This document shows, piece by piece, positions 9,557-19,512 of a stretch of DNA of 64,000 bases; within the stretch, counting starts at the first letter, position 1; every line of letters begins with the position of its first letter. The translations under genes and the position numbers were made by a program. Below the pieces are notes generated by a model. That model did not search any database and was not told where the DNA came from. It worked only from the letters and a program-made list of their open reading frames with translations. The stretch spans positions 860 through 64,859 of the forward strand of contig JAHZJL010000221.1 of assembly GCA_022600935.1 (NCBI GenBank), written 5' to 3'. This stretch comes from Gammaproteobacteria bacterium (GTDB taxonomy: Bacteria > Pseudomonadota > Gammaproteobacteria > Methylococcales > DRLZ01).

Positions 9557-9969
9557 TGGAGCGTGTGGTCAATAACGAACAAGAGTTGTATGCTTTCGGC
9601 GCTGAGTTGCAAAAACAGCTGCCCGTAACCGGAGTGATCTATCTGCATGGTACGCTCGGTGCCGGCAAGACCACGCTGGTGCGCGCCATGCTTAAAGCCG
9701 CTGGTTATCAACACCATGTTAAAAGCCCGACGTTTACACTGGTCGAGGATTATCGGCTGTCAGACAGGTTTGTCAGCCATTTTGACTTGTATCGTCTGGC
9801 TGATCCCGAGGAACTGGAGTGGCTGGGAATTCGCGATTATCTGGCTGAGCGACTGTTGCTGTTTGAATGGCCGGAGCTGGGAAAAGGCTTTGTTCCTGAC
9901 CCTGATATTGTTATTAAAATCAGTATTCTTGACATTGACAGCAGACGGATTGAAGTTAGCGGATTGTGA
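9556..9969 (+). CDS. tsaE: tRNA t6A37 biosynthesis ATPase TsaE (YjeE)
   Basis: 137 aa with the P-loop GTLGAGKTTLVR. Its start overlaps the nnr stop (TAATG). The nnr-tsaE-amiC order is conserved. Confidence 0.88.
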   Translation: MERVVNNEQELYAFGAELQKQLPVTGVIYLHGTLGAGKTTLVRAMLKAAGYQHHVKSPTFTLVEDYRLSDRFVSHFDLYRLADPEELEWLGIRDYLAERLLLFEWPELGKGFVPDPDIVIKISILDIDSRRIEVSGL

Positions 9970-10289
9970 TAACTGGTTAAAAAATCAAAAATAATTATCG
10001 ATTGTCATTTTAGTGTTATTTTTACACTATAATATCAATTAGATATATGCTACAGTTAAGGCATTTCCTGCGAATATTGGTGTAGGTTAACTCTATTCGT
10101 TAATCTCCTGATGGTTGACCGGGGTGTTGGTATCAGGTTGTCATGACTTAACGTTTGAATCAAAACAGCTTGGCGCGTTTTCTATACTTGCTCACCAGCA
10201 ATGTTTAAGCGGCGACCTGTTTTTGCGTTTGTCAGTTTGCTACCGAAAAGTACTACCGGCCAGCCAGGTGTTTAGTGTGTCCTGAAGTA

Positions 10290-11723
10290 ATGATGTTAAC
10301 TCGATTTCCTGGTTTTTTCGTTCTGTTGATGTTGTCAATCCAGTTGGTGTCGGCTGCACCGGCTGAAGTGGAGCAGTTGCGCTATTTCGCTTCATCCAAA
10401 TATCATCGAATTGTGTTCGATGTCACCAGTCCGGTGAGTTATCAATTGTCAACTCTGGACAGTCCCCCGCGTTTGGTTATTGATATTATCAATGCCAAAA
10501 GCGTGAAATCGCTGTCCCAGCCAGGTGTTCAAAAACACCGCCTGATCAAACAGGTCAGAGCCGGGCAACACGGTAACAGCGGAATGCGGTTTGTCGCTGA
10601 TTTGCTTCAACCTGCCACATTCAAGTCGTTTAAACTCAGGCCAAACAAGCAGTATGGACATCGTTTGGTGGTTGATATCTACCGCCAGAAAGGGTTGCAC
10701 TTTGCTGCACAATCAAAACCGTCAACAGTGGCAAAACGAGCGACTGTCAAGCCGCAAGCGACTGTTACCAGACAACCCCAAAAACAAGCCAGTAAACACG
10801 TCGAAAAACAGGTGGTTGCAAAGAAAGTAGAGCAGAAGACAGAGACGACACTGCCTCAGTATCATCGCAAACATGACAACATTGTGGTGGCTATCGATGC
10901 CGGTCATGGCGGCAAGGATTCCGGAGCGATTGGGTTGCGGAAAACCAGGGAAAAAGATGTAGTGCTGGCGATTTCCAAAAAACTGGCAGCATTGGTTGAT
11001 GCAACACCTGGCATGAAGTCATTTCTGGTGCGGGACAGGGATACATTTGTGCCATTGCGCGAACGCATGAAAATTGCGCGCAGAGCCAAAGCCGATTTGT
11101 TTATTTCCATTCACGCTGACGCCCACCGTAACCGTAAAATCAAAGGCTCGACAGTGTATACCTTGTCGCCGGGAGGGGCAATGCGTGAAGCGAGAGTGTG
11201 GGCCAATCGCAGTAACCAGACCGAACTGGCCAGCGGAATTACCTTGAAAGACAAGGACTCCGTTCTTGCTTCGGTGTTACTGGACTTGTCCCAGGCGGCC
11301 ACCCTGGAAGCCAGTGATATTGTGGCCAGTCGTATTTTTACCAATCTCAAGAAAACTGGTCCTGTGTTGAGACAAAAGGTGATGAAGAAACCATATATGG
11401 TGTTGAAATCGCCTGATATACCTTCGGTACTGGTTGAAACTGCATTTATTTCCAACCCGTATGAGGAAAAACAGTTACGCAGTAGACGGTTTCAATCGCG
11501 TATTGCACGCTCTATCCACAATGGAATCAAGGATTATTTTGCGACAAGACAACCGCAATCAATTCAGCTTGCAGCACACACTCACAAGATTGTCAGAGGC
11601 GAAACCTTGTCTGAAATCGCCCAGCAATATGGGGTAAGTCTGAGAACCATTCGCGAAGCAAATCATTTACGAGGAAATACGATTCGCGCAGGGCAGATTT
11701 TGAAAATTATTCCTGATGTTTAG
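10290..11723 (+). CDS. amiC: N-acetylmuramoyl-L-alanine amidase (AmiB/AmiC type) with AMIN domain and C-terminal LysM
   Basis: Contains a signal peptide, an AMIN-like N-terminus (YHRIVFDVTSPVSYQL..PPRLVIDI), an Amidase_3 core (VVAIDAGHGGKDSGA, FISIHAD) and a LysM domain (HKIVRGETLSEIAQQYGVSLRTIREANHL). The track starts at a GTG at 10275; the ATG at 10290 gives MMLTRFPGFF. Confidence 0.88.
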   Translation: MMLTRFPGFFVLLMLSIQLVSAAPAEVEQLRYFASSKYHRIVFDVTSPVSYQLSTLDSPPRLVIDIINAKSVKSLSQPGVQKHRLIKQVRAGQHGNSGMRFVADLLQPATFKSFKLRPNKQYGHRLVVDIYRQKGLHFAAQSKPSTVAKRATVKPQATVTRQPQKQASKHVEKQVVAKKVEQKTETTLPQYHRKHDNIVVAIDAGHGGKDSGAIGLRKTREKDVVLAISKKLAALVDATPGMKSFLVRDRDTFVPLRERMKIARRAKADLFISIHADAHRNRKIKGSTVYTLSPGGAMREARVWANRSNQTELASGITLKDKDSVLASVLLDLSQAATLEASDIVASRIFTNLKKTGPVLRQKVMKKPYMVLKSPDIPSVLVETAFISNPYEEKQLRSRRFQSRIARSIHNGIKDYFATRQPQSIQLAAHTHKIVRGETLSEIAQQYGVSLRTIREANHLRGNTIRAGQILKIIPDV

Positions 11724-11957
11724 TGCGTAGTGCGTTTCACCTGAAATATTTCTGCCTGTTTTAAATCTGGCAAGTGATTGATGATACATTTGCGTGTCAG
11801 ACTCTTCACAGTTTAAACACTGATTGTTCCTCAAAAAAGAATCACTCGATGACATGAGTCTGGTGATCCATCATCGCAGCCGGCGACATCAGAATTTTCA
11901 ATGCCGTTGATTCAAATCAGCTAGAATTGTGCTTTCGAATTCAACTGACATTGATCC

Positions 11958-13859
11958 ATGCCCATTAAAATTCTGCCACCGCAACTCGTCAATCAGATCG
12001 CTGCCGGGGAGGTCGTGGAACGCCCGGCATCGGTGATCAAGGAATTGATTGAAAACTCAATTGATGCAGGTGCTTCACGAATTGAGATCACTGTCGAACA
12101 AGGTGGAATTGCCTTGATGTCGGTGCGTGATGATGGTTGTGGTATTGTCAAAGACGAGCTGAGTCTGGCTTTGACACGGCATGCAACCAGCAAGATAGAG
12201 TCTTCGACTGATTTGTTTTCTATTGCGACCATGGGTTTTCGTGGTGAGGCTTTGCCCAGTATCAGTTCGGTATCGCGATTGACCCTGACATCCCGTGTCG
12301 ATCACGATGAAACAGCCTGGCAAGTAAGTGCCGATGGTACGGAGCAAGATATCGAGCCCCGCCCGTCGGCGTTACAAAAAGGCACGTTGATTGAAGTCAG
12401 AGACTTGTTTTACAACCTGCCAGCGCGACGCAAGTTTCTGCGTGCCGAACGAACCGAGTTTTCTCATGTTCAGGCATTGGTCAGGAAAATGGCGCTGAGT
12501 CATTTTCAGTTGGGTTTTGTGCTGACCCACAACCAGCGTGAGACCTTGCGATTGTTACCTGCATCTGATCAGGCTGAGAGGGAGCAGCGGGTTGCCGGTT
12601 TTCTCGGACAGTCGTTTATCGATAACGCACTGGCGCTGGACTTTGAATCATCAGGAATGTCCTTGACGGGCTGGATTGGCTTGCCAGTGTATTCCCGCAG
12701 TCAGGCGGATCAACAGTATTTTTATATCAATCAGCGTCTGGTTCGCGATAAATCGCTCACTCATGCAGTCCGGCAAGCCTATCAGGATGTTATGTTTCAC
12801 GGACGTTTTCCGGTTTTTGTATTGTATTTGAGCATCGATCCGCAATGGGTGGATGTGAATGCACATCCGGCCAAGATGGAGGTTCGTTTTAGAGATAGCC
12901 GCAGTGTGCATGATTTTCTGGTTAAAGCTGTCCAGCATGCGCTCCAGTCAGTGCGGCCCGGGACAAATGCTGCGCAAGATTCTGGAGTGAGTGAGGTAGA
13001 CAGTTCGATTCCAGCCAGTAATGCGTATAGTGAACAAGTTGCCGAACCGCAAGCCGGTTATCAGGCTTCGCTGGCGTATGATTATCAATCTGGAGGAAAA
13101 ACACAGTCATCGTCAGCATGGTTGAATGAAGAGACTGGACATTCGGGATTTGTCGGCAAACGTCCTGATCCGGTATTCAATGAGCGGGTTGTGACAACAG
13201 ATCGACATCAGCTGTCAAATCTGGCAACTGCCACGCAGTGTCCTGTTGATAACAACGATACAGAACAGGATTATGTGCCGGCACTGGGTTTCGCTATCGC
13301 TCATCTGCATAATATTTATATTTTGTCCGAATCGGCTAATGGTTTGGTTCTGGTCGATGCGCATGCGGGTCACGAGCGTATTGTCTATGAAAAACTCAAA
13401 CTGCAATATGCTCAACACTCTGTTGTTGTGCAGCCTTTGCTGATCCCGGTCAATGTTGATGTCAGTCGAGAAGACGCTGACTTGATCGAGCAACAATTTG
13501 AGGTTTTACAGCAAGCCGGTCTGGAGCTGGAGAGACCTGGTATCGAGCAGTTACAGGTTAAATCTGTACCAGCTATTCTGGAAAAAGCCGATATTGCTGA
13601 ACTGATCAAAGATATTATCGCGGATTATAGAGAGCATGATGGCAGCGATCGAGTTGATTTTATCTCCCAGCGTATTCTTGCCGATATGGCTTGTCGTGGC
13701 GCAATTCGTGCCGGACGCCGCTTGAGTCGTGATGAAATGAATCAGTTACTGCGTGATATGGAAAAAACCACTTCCAGTGGGCAATGCAATCATGGCAGAC
13801 CGACCTGGGTGGAGCTGAGTAAAGAGGAACTGGATAAACTGTTTCTGCGAGGGCAGTGA
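11958..13859 (+). CDS. mutL: DNA mismatch repair protein MutL
   Basis: 633 aa with the GHKL ATPase N-terminus (LPPQLVNQIAAGEVVERPASVIKELIENSIDAGA) and a C-terminal dimerisation region. Confidence 0.95.
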   Translation: MPIKILPPQLVNQIAAGEVVERPASVIKELIENSIDAGASRIEITVEQGGIALMSVRDDGCGIVKDELSLALTRHATSKIESSTDLFSIATMGFRGEALPSISSVSRLTLTSRVDHDETAWQVSADGTEQDIEPRPSALQKGTLIEVRDLFYNLPARRKFLRAERTEFSHVQALVRKMALSHFQLGFVLTHNQRETLRLLPASDQAEREQRVAGFLGQSFIDNALALDFESSGMSLTGWIGLPVYSRSQADQQYFYINQRLVRDKSLTHAVRQAYQDVMFHGRFPVFVLYLSIDPQWVDVNAHPAKMEVRFRDSRSVHDFLVKAVQHALQSVRPGTNAAQDSGVSEVDSSIPASNAYSEQVAEPQAGYQASLAYDYQSGGKTQSSSAWLNEETGHSGFVGKRPDPVFNERVVTTDRHQLSNLATATQCPVDNNDTEQDYVPALGFAIAHLHNIYILSESANGLVLVDAHAGHERIVYEKLKLQYAQHSVVVQPLLIPVNVDVSREDADLIEQQFEVLQQAGLELERPGIEQLQVKSVPAILEKADIAELIKDIIADYREHDGSDRVDFISQRILADMACRGAIRAGRRLSRDEMNQLLRDMEKTTSSGQCNHGRPTWVELSKEELDKLFLRGQ

Positions 13860-14818
13860 GTTTGGTTGTCAATGCTGACCATGTGAGCACAGGCGCTCCT
13901 CCGGTGATTTGTCTGTTGGGGCCGACTGCAATAGGCAAATCGTCACTGGCGCTGGAGCTGGCGCGACAACTGAACGGTGAAATAATCAGTGTGGATTCAG
14001 TGCTGGTCTATCGCGGTATGGATATAGGCACAGCCAAGCCCAGTCTGCAGCAGCGTCATGACATTCCACATCATTTAATTGATATTCTTGACCCGGCCCA
14101 GGTCTATTCGACCGCCCGATTTAAAGACCAGGCCCTAAGTCTGATTGAAGACATTCAAAATCGTGATAGAACAGTAGTATTGACCGGTGGCACCATGTTG
14201 TACTTCAAAACCCTGTTTTCCGGTCTGGCCAGTCTGCCCGATGCTGATCTTGTCATCCGCAAGCAACTGGAATTGCAGGCCAGAGAACAGGGCTGGGCGG
14301 CTTTGCATGATGAATTGGCTGAAGTCGATCCTGTTGCTGCTGCGCGTATTCATCCCAATGATCCACAGCGCATTCAAAGAGCACTGGAAGTATATCGCAT
14401 TAGTGGCGAATCAATGTCATCACTGATCGAACGAGGCCAGGTCCAGCCTGATTTTCGTTTTGTAAAACTGGCGTTGCTGCCACAGCAAAGGTCTGATTTA
14501 CATAACACGATTCGCGCACGGTATATGACAATGCTCGAGTCAGGTTTGATTGATGAAACTCGAGCGTTGTATGAACGTGAAGATTTGAGTCCGGATTTAC
14601 CATCAGTACGAGCCGTTGGTTATCGCCAGGTCTGGGCTTATCTGGATGGTCAGCTGGATTATCAAGCCATGATCGAACGTGCAGTGATCGCCACGCGCCA
14701 ACTGGCCAAACGCCAGATGACCTGGTTGAGATCGATGCAAATGGATTTTCAATATCTTGTCGATGCTGAAATTCCGTATCACAAGGTGTTGAACGATCTG
14801 GGTACTGTTGTCAAGTGA
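13856..14818 (+). CDS. miaA: tRNA dimethylallyltransferase MiaA
   Basis: Contains the P-loop LLGPTAIGKSSLA and a DPQRIQRALEV motif. A GTG start overlaps the mutL stop by 4 nt. Confidence 0.92.
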   Translation: MSLVVNADHVSTGAPPVICLLGPTAIGKSSLALELARQLNGEIISVDSVLVYRGMDIGTAKPSLQQRHDIPHHLIDILDPAQVYSTARFKDQALSLIEDIQNRDRTVVLTGGTMLYFKTLFSGLASLPDADLVIRKQLELQAREQGWAALHDELAEVDPVAAARIHPNDPQRIQRALEVYRISGESMSSLIERGQVQPDFRFVKLALLPQQRSDLHNTIRARYMTMLESGLIDETRALYEREDLSPDLPSVRAVGYRQVWAYLDGQLDYQAMIERAVIATRQLAKRQMTWLRSMQMDFQYLVDAEIPYHKVLNDLGTVVK

Positions 14819-15017
14819 AAATAATCGGGAATACTTCCCTAAACTAAAAACAGTATAATCTTCACGATTCTAATATTATTTTTGTAGTATGCTGGACGTT
14901 AGAACTATTTTGGTAGTATTCTTGTCAAATCTCCCGACAGGTTAGAGGGACATGAATTATTTACAATACATTAGTTGGTGTTAAAATTAATTATTTTCTA
15001 TTGAAAACAATAACTAG

Positions 15018-15039
15018 CCAGAAAGCATCTGGTTTTTTT
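15018..15039 (+). terminator. Weak hairpin plus T7 run between miaA and hfq
   Basis: The sequence ccaga-aagca-tctgg is followed by ttttttt. The stem is only 5 bp, so this is at best a partial terminator or attenuator ahead of hfq. Confidence 0.35.
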
Positions 15040-15084
15040 GTTCGGTGAAGATTGTTTTGAATAACAAAAATAACAGGAGTATGA

Positions 15085-15345
15085 ATGTCTAAAGGGCAAA
15101 ATTTACAGGATACTTTTTTAAATGCTCTCAGAAAAGAACGCGTTCCGGTTTCTATTTTTCTTGTCAACGGCATTAAGTTGCAGGGTCAAATCGATTCGTT
15201 TGACCAATATGTTGTCATGCTGAAAAATACAATCAGCCAGATGGTCTACAAGCATGCAATTTCTACCATTGTACCGTCTCGTGCTGTGCGTATTTATCAA
15301 CCTGAAAATCAGAGCTCGAATGAGACATCTCGTGAGGACGGTTGA
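15085..15345 (+). CDS. hfq: RNA chaperone Hfq
   Basis: 86 aa with [46 protein letters not shown] and an AGGAG RBS. Confidence 0.97.
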   Translation: MSKGQNLQDTFLNALRKERVPVSIFLVNGIKLQGQIDSFDQYVVMLKNTISQMVYKHAISTIVPSRAVRIYQPENQSSNETSREDG

Positions 15346-15404
15346 TTTCTGAGTGTGTCTGTTTATCTTGAACCGTTCAATTAGTCTGTTTCAACGGAGT
15401 TTGT

Positions 15405-16676
15405 TTGGTTAACACAGAACTGTTTGAACGCCCCAAATCCGGTGAGCGTACACTGCTCATCCACATCCAGACACGCGCAATCGATCAAGGCCTGCAGGAA
15501 CTGACTGAACTGGCCCGTTCCGCAGGAGCCGATCCGGTTGCGAGTGTCACAGCAAACCGATCTGCACCCAATCCACGTTTTTTTGTCGGTACTGGCAAGC
15601 TCGATGAAATCAGGCAACTGATTTTACAGGAGCAGATTGAGCTGATTATCTTCAATCATGTGCTGTCACCCATTCAGGAACGTAATCTGGAACAGGAGCT
15701 GGGAGTCCGGGTGCTGGACCGCAACGAGTTGATCCTGGATATATTTGCCCAGCGCGCCCAGTCATTTGAGGGCAAAATGCAGGTTGAGCTGGCCCAGTTG
15801 CAACATTTGTCGACGCGCCTGATACGCGGCTGGACTCACCTTGAGCGCCAGAAAGGTGGTATCGGCATGCGTGGTCCCGGGGAAACCCAGCTGGAGACTG
15901 ACCGTCGTCTTATTGGCAAGCGAATCCGCTTGATTCAAACCCGTCTGGAAAAGGTTGACAAGCAAAGAACCCAGGGACGTCGCGCCAGAACCCGCAATGC
16001 ATTACCTACAGTTGCTTTGGTTGGCTATACCAATGCCGGCAAGTCAACACTGTTTAATACGCTGTCTGAAGCTGATGTATATGCACAGGACCAGCTGTTT
16101 GCGACGCTTGATCCGGTAGTCAGACGAATCCGCTTAAGTTCCGGTATGGAGCTGGGGTTGGCTGATACAGTCGGTTTTATTCAGGATTTGCCGCATGAAC
16201 TGGTTGCAGCATTCAAATCAACATTACTGGAAGCCAGGGAAGCAGACTTGTTGTTACATGTGGTCGATGTCAGTTCGGAATTCCGTGATACCATGATGGA
16301 TGAGGTCGAATCGGTGCTGGCTGAAATCGAAGCCGACTCGATTCCGCAATTACTGGTTTTCAATAAAATCGATCTGATCGATGACATGCAGCCACGCATT
16401 GAAACAGACGACAGTGGCAACCCTTTAAAAGTCTGGATATCGGCCCGGCAAGCATACGGCATGGAATGCCTGGACCAGGCTCTTGCTGAGTTTTTCGACG
16501 ACCATCTGGTTGAAAAAGAAGTCCTGATTGAGCCGGGTCAGGCTGCGATTCGAGCTAAATTGTTCAATCTAGGCGAAGTCATTACTGATTCACCCATTGA
16601 AACAGGTGGTTGGCGGATGATTGTCAGACTTCATAAAAAACACTTGAATGTCGTTAACGAGGTTCAAGTGATCTGA
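15405..16676 (+). CDS. hflX: GTPase HflX
   Basis: 423 aa with the HflX N-domain and GTPase motifs (GYTNAGKSTLFN, DTVGF, NKID). The TTG start from the track is uncertain by a few codons. Confidence 0.92.
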   Translation: MVNTELFERPKSGERTLLIHIQTRAIDQGLQELTELARSAGADPVASVTANRSAPNPRFFVGTGKLDEIRQLILQEQIELIIFNHVLSPIQERNLEQELGVRVLDRNELILDIFAQRAQSFEGKMQVELAQLQHLSTRLIRGWTHLERQKGGIGMRGPGETQLETDRRLIGKRIRLIQTRLEKVDKQRTQGRRARTRNALPTVALVGYTNAGKSTLFNTLSEADVYAQDQLFATLDPVVRRIRLSSGMELGLADTVGFIQDLPHELVAAFKSTLLEAREADLLLHVVDVSSEFRDTMMDEVESVLAEIEADSIPQLLVFNKIDLIDDMQPRIETDDSGNPLKVWISARQAYGMECLDQALAEFFDDHLVEKEVLIEPGQAAIRAKLFNLGEVITDSPIETGGWRMIVRLHKKHLNVVNEVQVI

Positions 16677-17191
16677 TTGTTCCTTTATTATAATGATCTG
16701 ATATTCAATCAAAATATCCGGGTTCTCCTTAAGGCTTATAGGGTGTTCCGGATTTAAAAAGTTCGTGCGACGACTCTCCAGGGACAAGTGGTTGTTATTT
16801 TGCAAGTAAACGTGCATGATAACCGGGTCGTCCAGTTCTATAGCTTTGTTTGCTGGCAACTGTTGATTTATTCGCTGTGTTTAAAGCGGGAATTGAGATG
16901 GAAAGTGCAGATTTCTTGACAACCTTGGTGAATCTGTTAGACCAACACTTGCTGCAAATGTATGTCTTTAGCAATTTTCTGGCCGGTTTTGCAATCACGA
17001 TACGGCACTGTTTGCTTTGAAAGTTCAACAATTTTCAAGGATAATGTGACTGCATTAAGCAGTCAAGCCACATTCCATTGTTCTGTCACTGGCTTGCCTT
17101 AGAATTGGCGAATGTTCTGCCAGCAGAGTTGTTGATTTGTATCAGTGGGTGTAAAGCGCCAATGATTTTTCGAATATAAAGGAGTATTTCT

Positions 17192-18403
17192 ATGGCATGG
17201 AATGAACCAGGCAATAATGACAAGGACCCAAAAGATCCCTGGTCTGGTCGCAAAAAAGATTCCGGACCGCCTGATATCGATGAAGCACTCAGATCGCTAC
17301 AGGAAAAATTCAGTGGAATTTTCGGCGGTGGCGGTAACAGTGGTGGTTCGGGAGGTTCTCCAGGTTCCTGGGGTGGTATTGGCATGCTGGGAACTATTCT
17401 GGCTTTGTTATGGTTAGCCACCGGATTTTACATTGTCGATGCTGGTGTCCGTGGAGTCGAAACCCGCTTTGGGGCGTATACAGTAACCACAGATCCCGGG
17501 TTGCACTGGCACTTTCCCTGGCCTTTTGAACAAGTCACCCGTGTCGATGTCAAAAGCGCCCGATTTATTGAAATCGGATATCGTTCCACAGGTGGTGGGC
17601 GCATCAAACAAAGTCAGTCGTCGATTACCCAGGAGTCTTTGATGTTGACCCAGGACGAAAACTATGTTGATGTCCAACTCGCAGTTCAATATGTGATCAA
17701 GGACCCCAAAGCTTATTTGTTTAATGTCTTTGATCCGAAAATGACTTTAAAACAGATCGTGCAAAGTGCTGAACGTGAGGTCGTTGGCACCAGTACCCTT
17801 GATTTCGTTTTGACTGAAGGACGCAGTGAAGTCGTTGCAGCAATTGAATTGGATTCCCAAAGGATGCTGGATGAATACCAGACCGGTATACAGATTACTT
17901 CAGTCAACCTGGTTGAGGCACAACCACCGGAGCAAGTTCAGGCCGCTTTTCAGGATGTCGTGAAAGCACGTGAGGATCGTGAAAGAGTCATCAATGAAGC
18001 CCAGGCTTACTCAAGGGAAGTTCTACCCAGAGCACAAGGTGAATCAGCAAGGCAATTACAAAACGCAGAAGGTTACAGAGCGCGTGTTGTTGCTGAAGCT
18101 ACCGGTCGAGCCAATCGTTTCAGTCAGTTGTTATTGGAATATCAGCGTGCTCCCAGGGTGACACGCGAACGCTTGTATCTGGAATCAATGGAAAAAGTCC
18201 TGGGTAATTCTCAAACGATAATGGTCGACGTAAAAAGTGGTAACAGCCTGATGTATTTACCGTTGGATCAATTGACCCAGAAAAAAACCAGATCCCAGCA
18301 ATCAACCCGTCGTAAAACAATGCCACAATCCAGTCAAGTGATACAGGAAAGCAGCCAGCCCATACGACAATCATCGCGTATTCGTGAAGGGAGGGTACGA
18401 TAA
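17192..18403 (+). CDS. hflK: FtsH modulator HflK (SPFH/band-7)
   Basis: 403 aa with a Gly-rich N-terminus, one TM helix and an SPFH domain. The RBS is AAAGGAG. Confidence 0.93.
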   Translation: MAWNEPGNNDKDPKDPWSGRKKDSGPPDIDEALRSLQEKFSGIFGGGGNSGGSGGSPGSWGGIGMLGTILALLWLATGFYIVDAGVRGVETRFGAYTVTTDPGLHWHFPWPFEQVTRVDVKSARFIEIGYRSTGGGRIKQSQSSITQESLMLTQDENYVDVQLAVQYVIKDPKAYLFNVFDPKMTLKQIVQSAEREVVGTSTLDFVLTEGRSEVVAAIELDSQRMLDEYQTGIQITSVNLVEAQPPEQVQAAFQDVVKAREDRERVINEAQAYSREVLPRAQGESARQLQNAEGYRARVVAEATGRANRFSQLLLEYQRAPRVTRERLYLESMEKVLGNSQTIMVDVKSGNSLMYLPLDQLTQKKTRSQQSTRRKTMPQSSQVIQESSQPIRQSSRIREGRVR

Positions 18404-19263
18404 TGAGTAAAATTCAATTCCTGATCGCCTTGATTTTACTTGGCTTTTTTCTGATCAAAGGCTCATTGTTTACAGTCCAGGAGACCGAGAAAGCCATCAA
18501 ATTCAAATTTGGTGAAATTATCAACACGGATTATAAACCCGGCATCCATGCAAAAATACCTTTTGTTAACAATGTTAAGAAGTTCGATGCAAGAATCCTG
18601 TCACATGATTCAAGACCGGAACGCTTTCTGACCAAGGAAAAGAAGAACGTACTGGTAGACTCATTTGTTAAATGGAGAATCAATGCCGTTGGAAAGTTTT
18701 ATACAGCTGTGCAAGGTAATCCGGCAACAGCGGATATTCGTATCGGCCAGATCATGAAAGATGCGATGCGAGCCGAGTTCGGTAAGCATACGGTCAAGGA
18801 AGTCATTTCCCAGGACAGACAAGAGCTTCGAGATGTATTGGTTAACAAGACACAACCAGCTATCACAGAACTGGGTATCGAATTGATCGATATTCGTGTC
18901 AAGCGGATTGATCTGGAAGAGCAGGTTAGTGCCTCGGTATTCCGTAGAATGGAGACAGAACGAGCACGTGATGCCAAGGATTTGCGCTCACGAGGTGCTG
19001 CTGAAGCGACACGGATTCGGGCAGATGCTGACAAACAGGCAGAAATTATTCTGGCTGAAGCGTATCGTGATGCCGAGAAGATGCGCGGTGAAGGTGATGC
19101 CAAGGCAACATCGATTTATGCTGAAGCCTATAATGCCGATCCTGAGTTTTACAGTTTTTATAAGAGTCTGGATGCGTATAAAAAAGTATTCAAAGGCAAT
19201 GGCGATATGATTGTGCTGGAGCCTGATTCTGACTTTTTCACTTATTTCGGGAAAAAGAAATAA
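18403..19263 (+). CDS. hflC: FtsH modulator HflC (SPFH/band-7)
   Basis: 286 aa. Its start overlaps the hflK stop (TAATG). It has an N-terminal TM helix and an SPFH domain. Confidence 0.93.
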   Translation: MSKIQFLIALILLGFFLIKGSLFTVQETEKAIKFKFGEIINTDYKPGIHAKIPFVNNVKKFDARILSHDSRPERFLTKEKKNVLVDSFVKWRINAVGKFYTAVQGNPATADIRIGQIMKDAMRAEFGKHTVKEVISQDRQELRDVLVNKTQPAITELGIELIDIRVKRIDLEEQVSASVFRRMETERARDAKDLRSRGAAEATRIRADADKQAEIILAEAYRDAEKMRGEGDAKATSIYAEAYNADPEFYSFYKSLDAYKKVFKGNGDMIVLEPDSDFFTYFGKKK

Positions 19264-19341
19264 ACTGGCCGGTTAATAATATCTGCCGATGTAGATATTA
19301 ACAGTATAAGCCAGGCTTTTTAGCAAGCCCTGGCATGTTGT

Positions 19342-19379
19342 AAAAGCAACCATGTTTTCTGAAAACATGGTTGCTTTTT
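19342..19379 (+). terminator. Strong rho-independent terminator after hflC (bidirectional shape)
   Basis: A perfect 17-bp stem, aaaagcaaccatgtttt / aaaacatggttgctttt, encloses a 3-nt loop and ends in a T-run. A second, weaker hairpin (gccagg..cctggc) lies at about 19310-19334. Confidence 0.8.
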
Positions 19380-19512
19380 GCTGTTATGACGATTATGTTT
19401 TGAGTCTCAAACTATTAAATGTCTCTTGATTTTCTCTATATCCTGTTTTGGTTAACCGCATTTTCATTCATAATGGTAGGTTTTTGTATTCCAAGTCTGG
19501 ACTAACATAAAC

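Noticed and set aside
9647-9994. 115-aa + strand ORF overlapping tsaE in another frame
   Set aside because: It is nested in the well-supported TsaE frame (P-loop present) and has no independent support.
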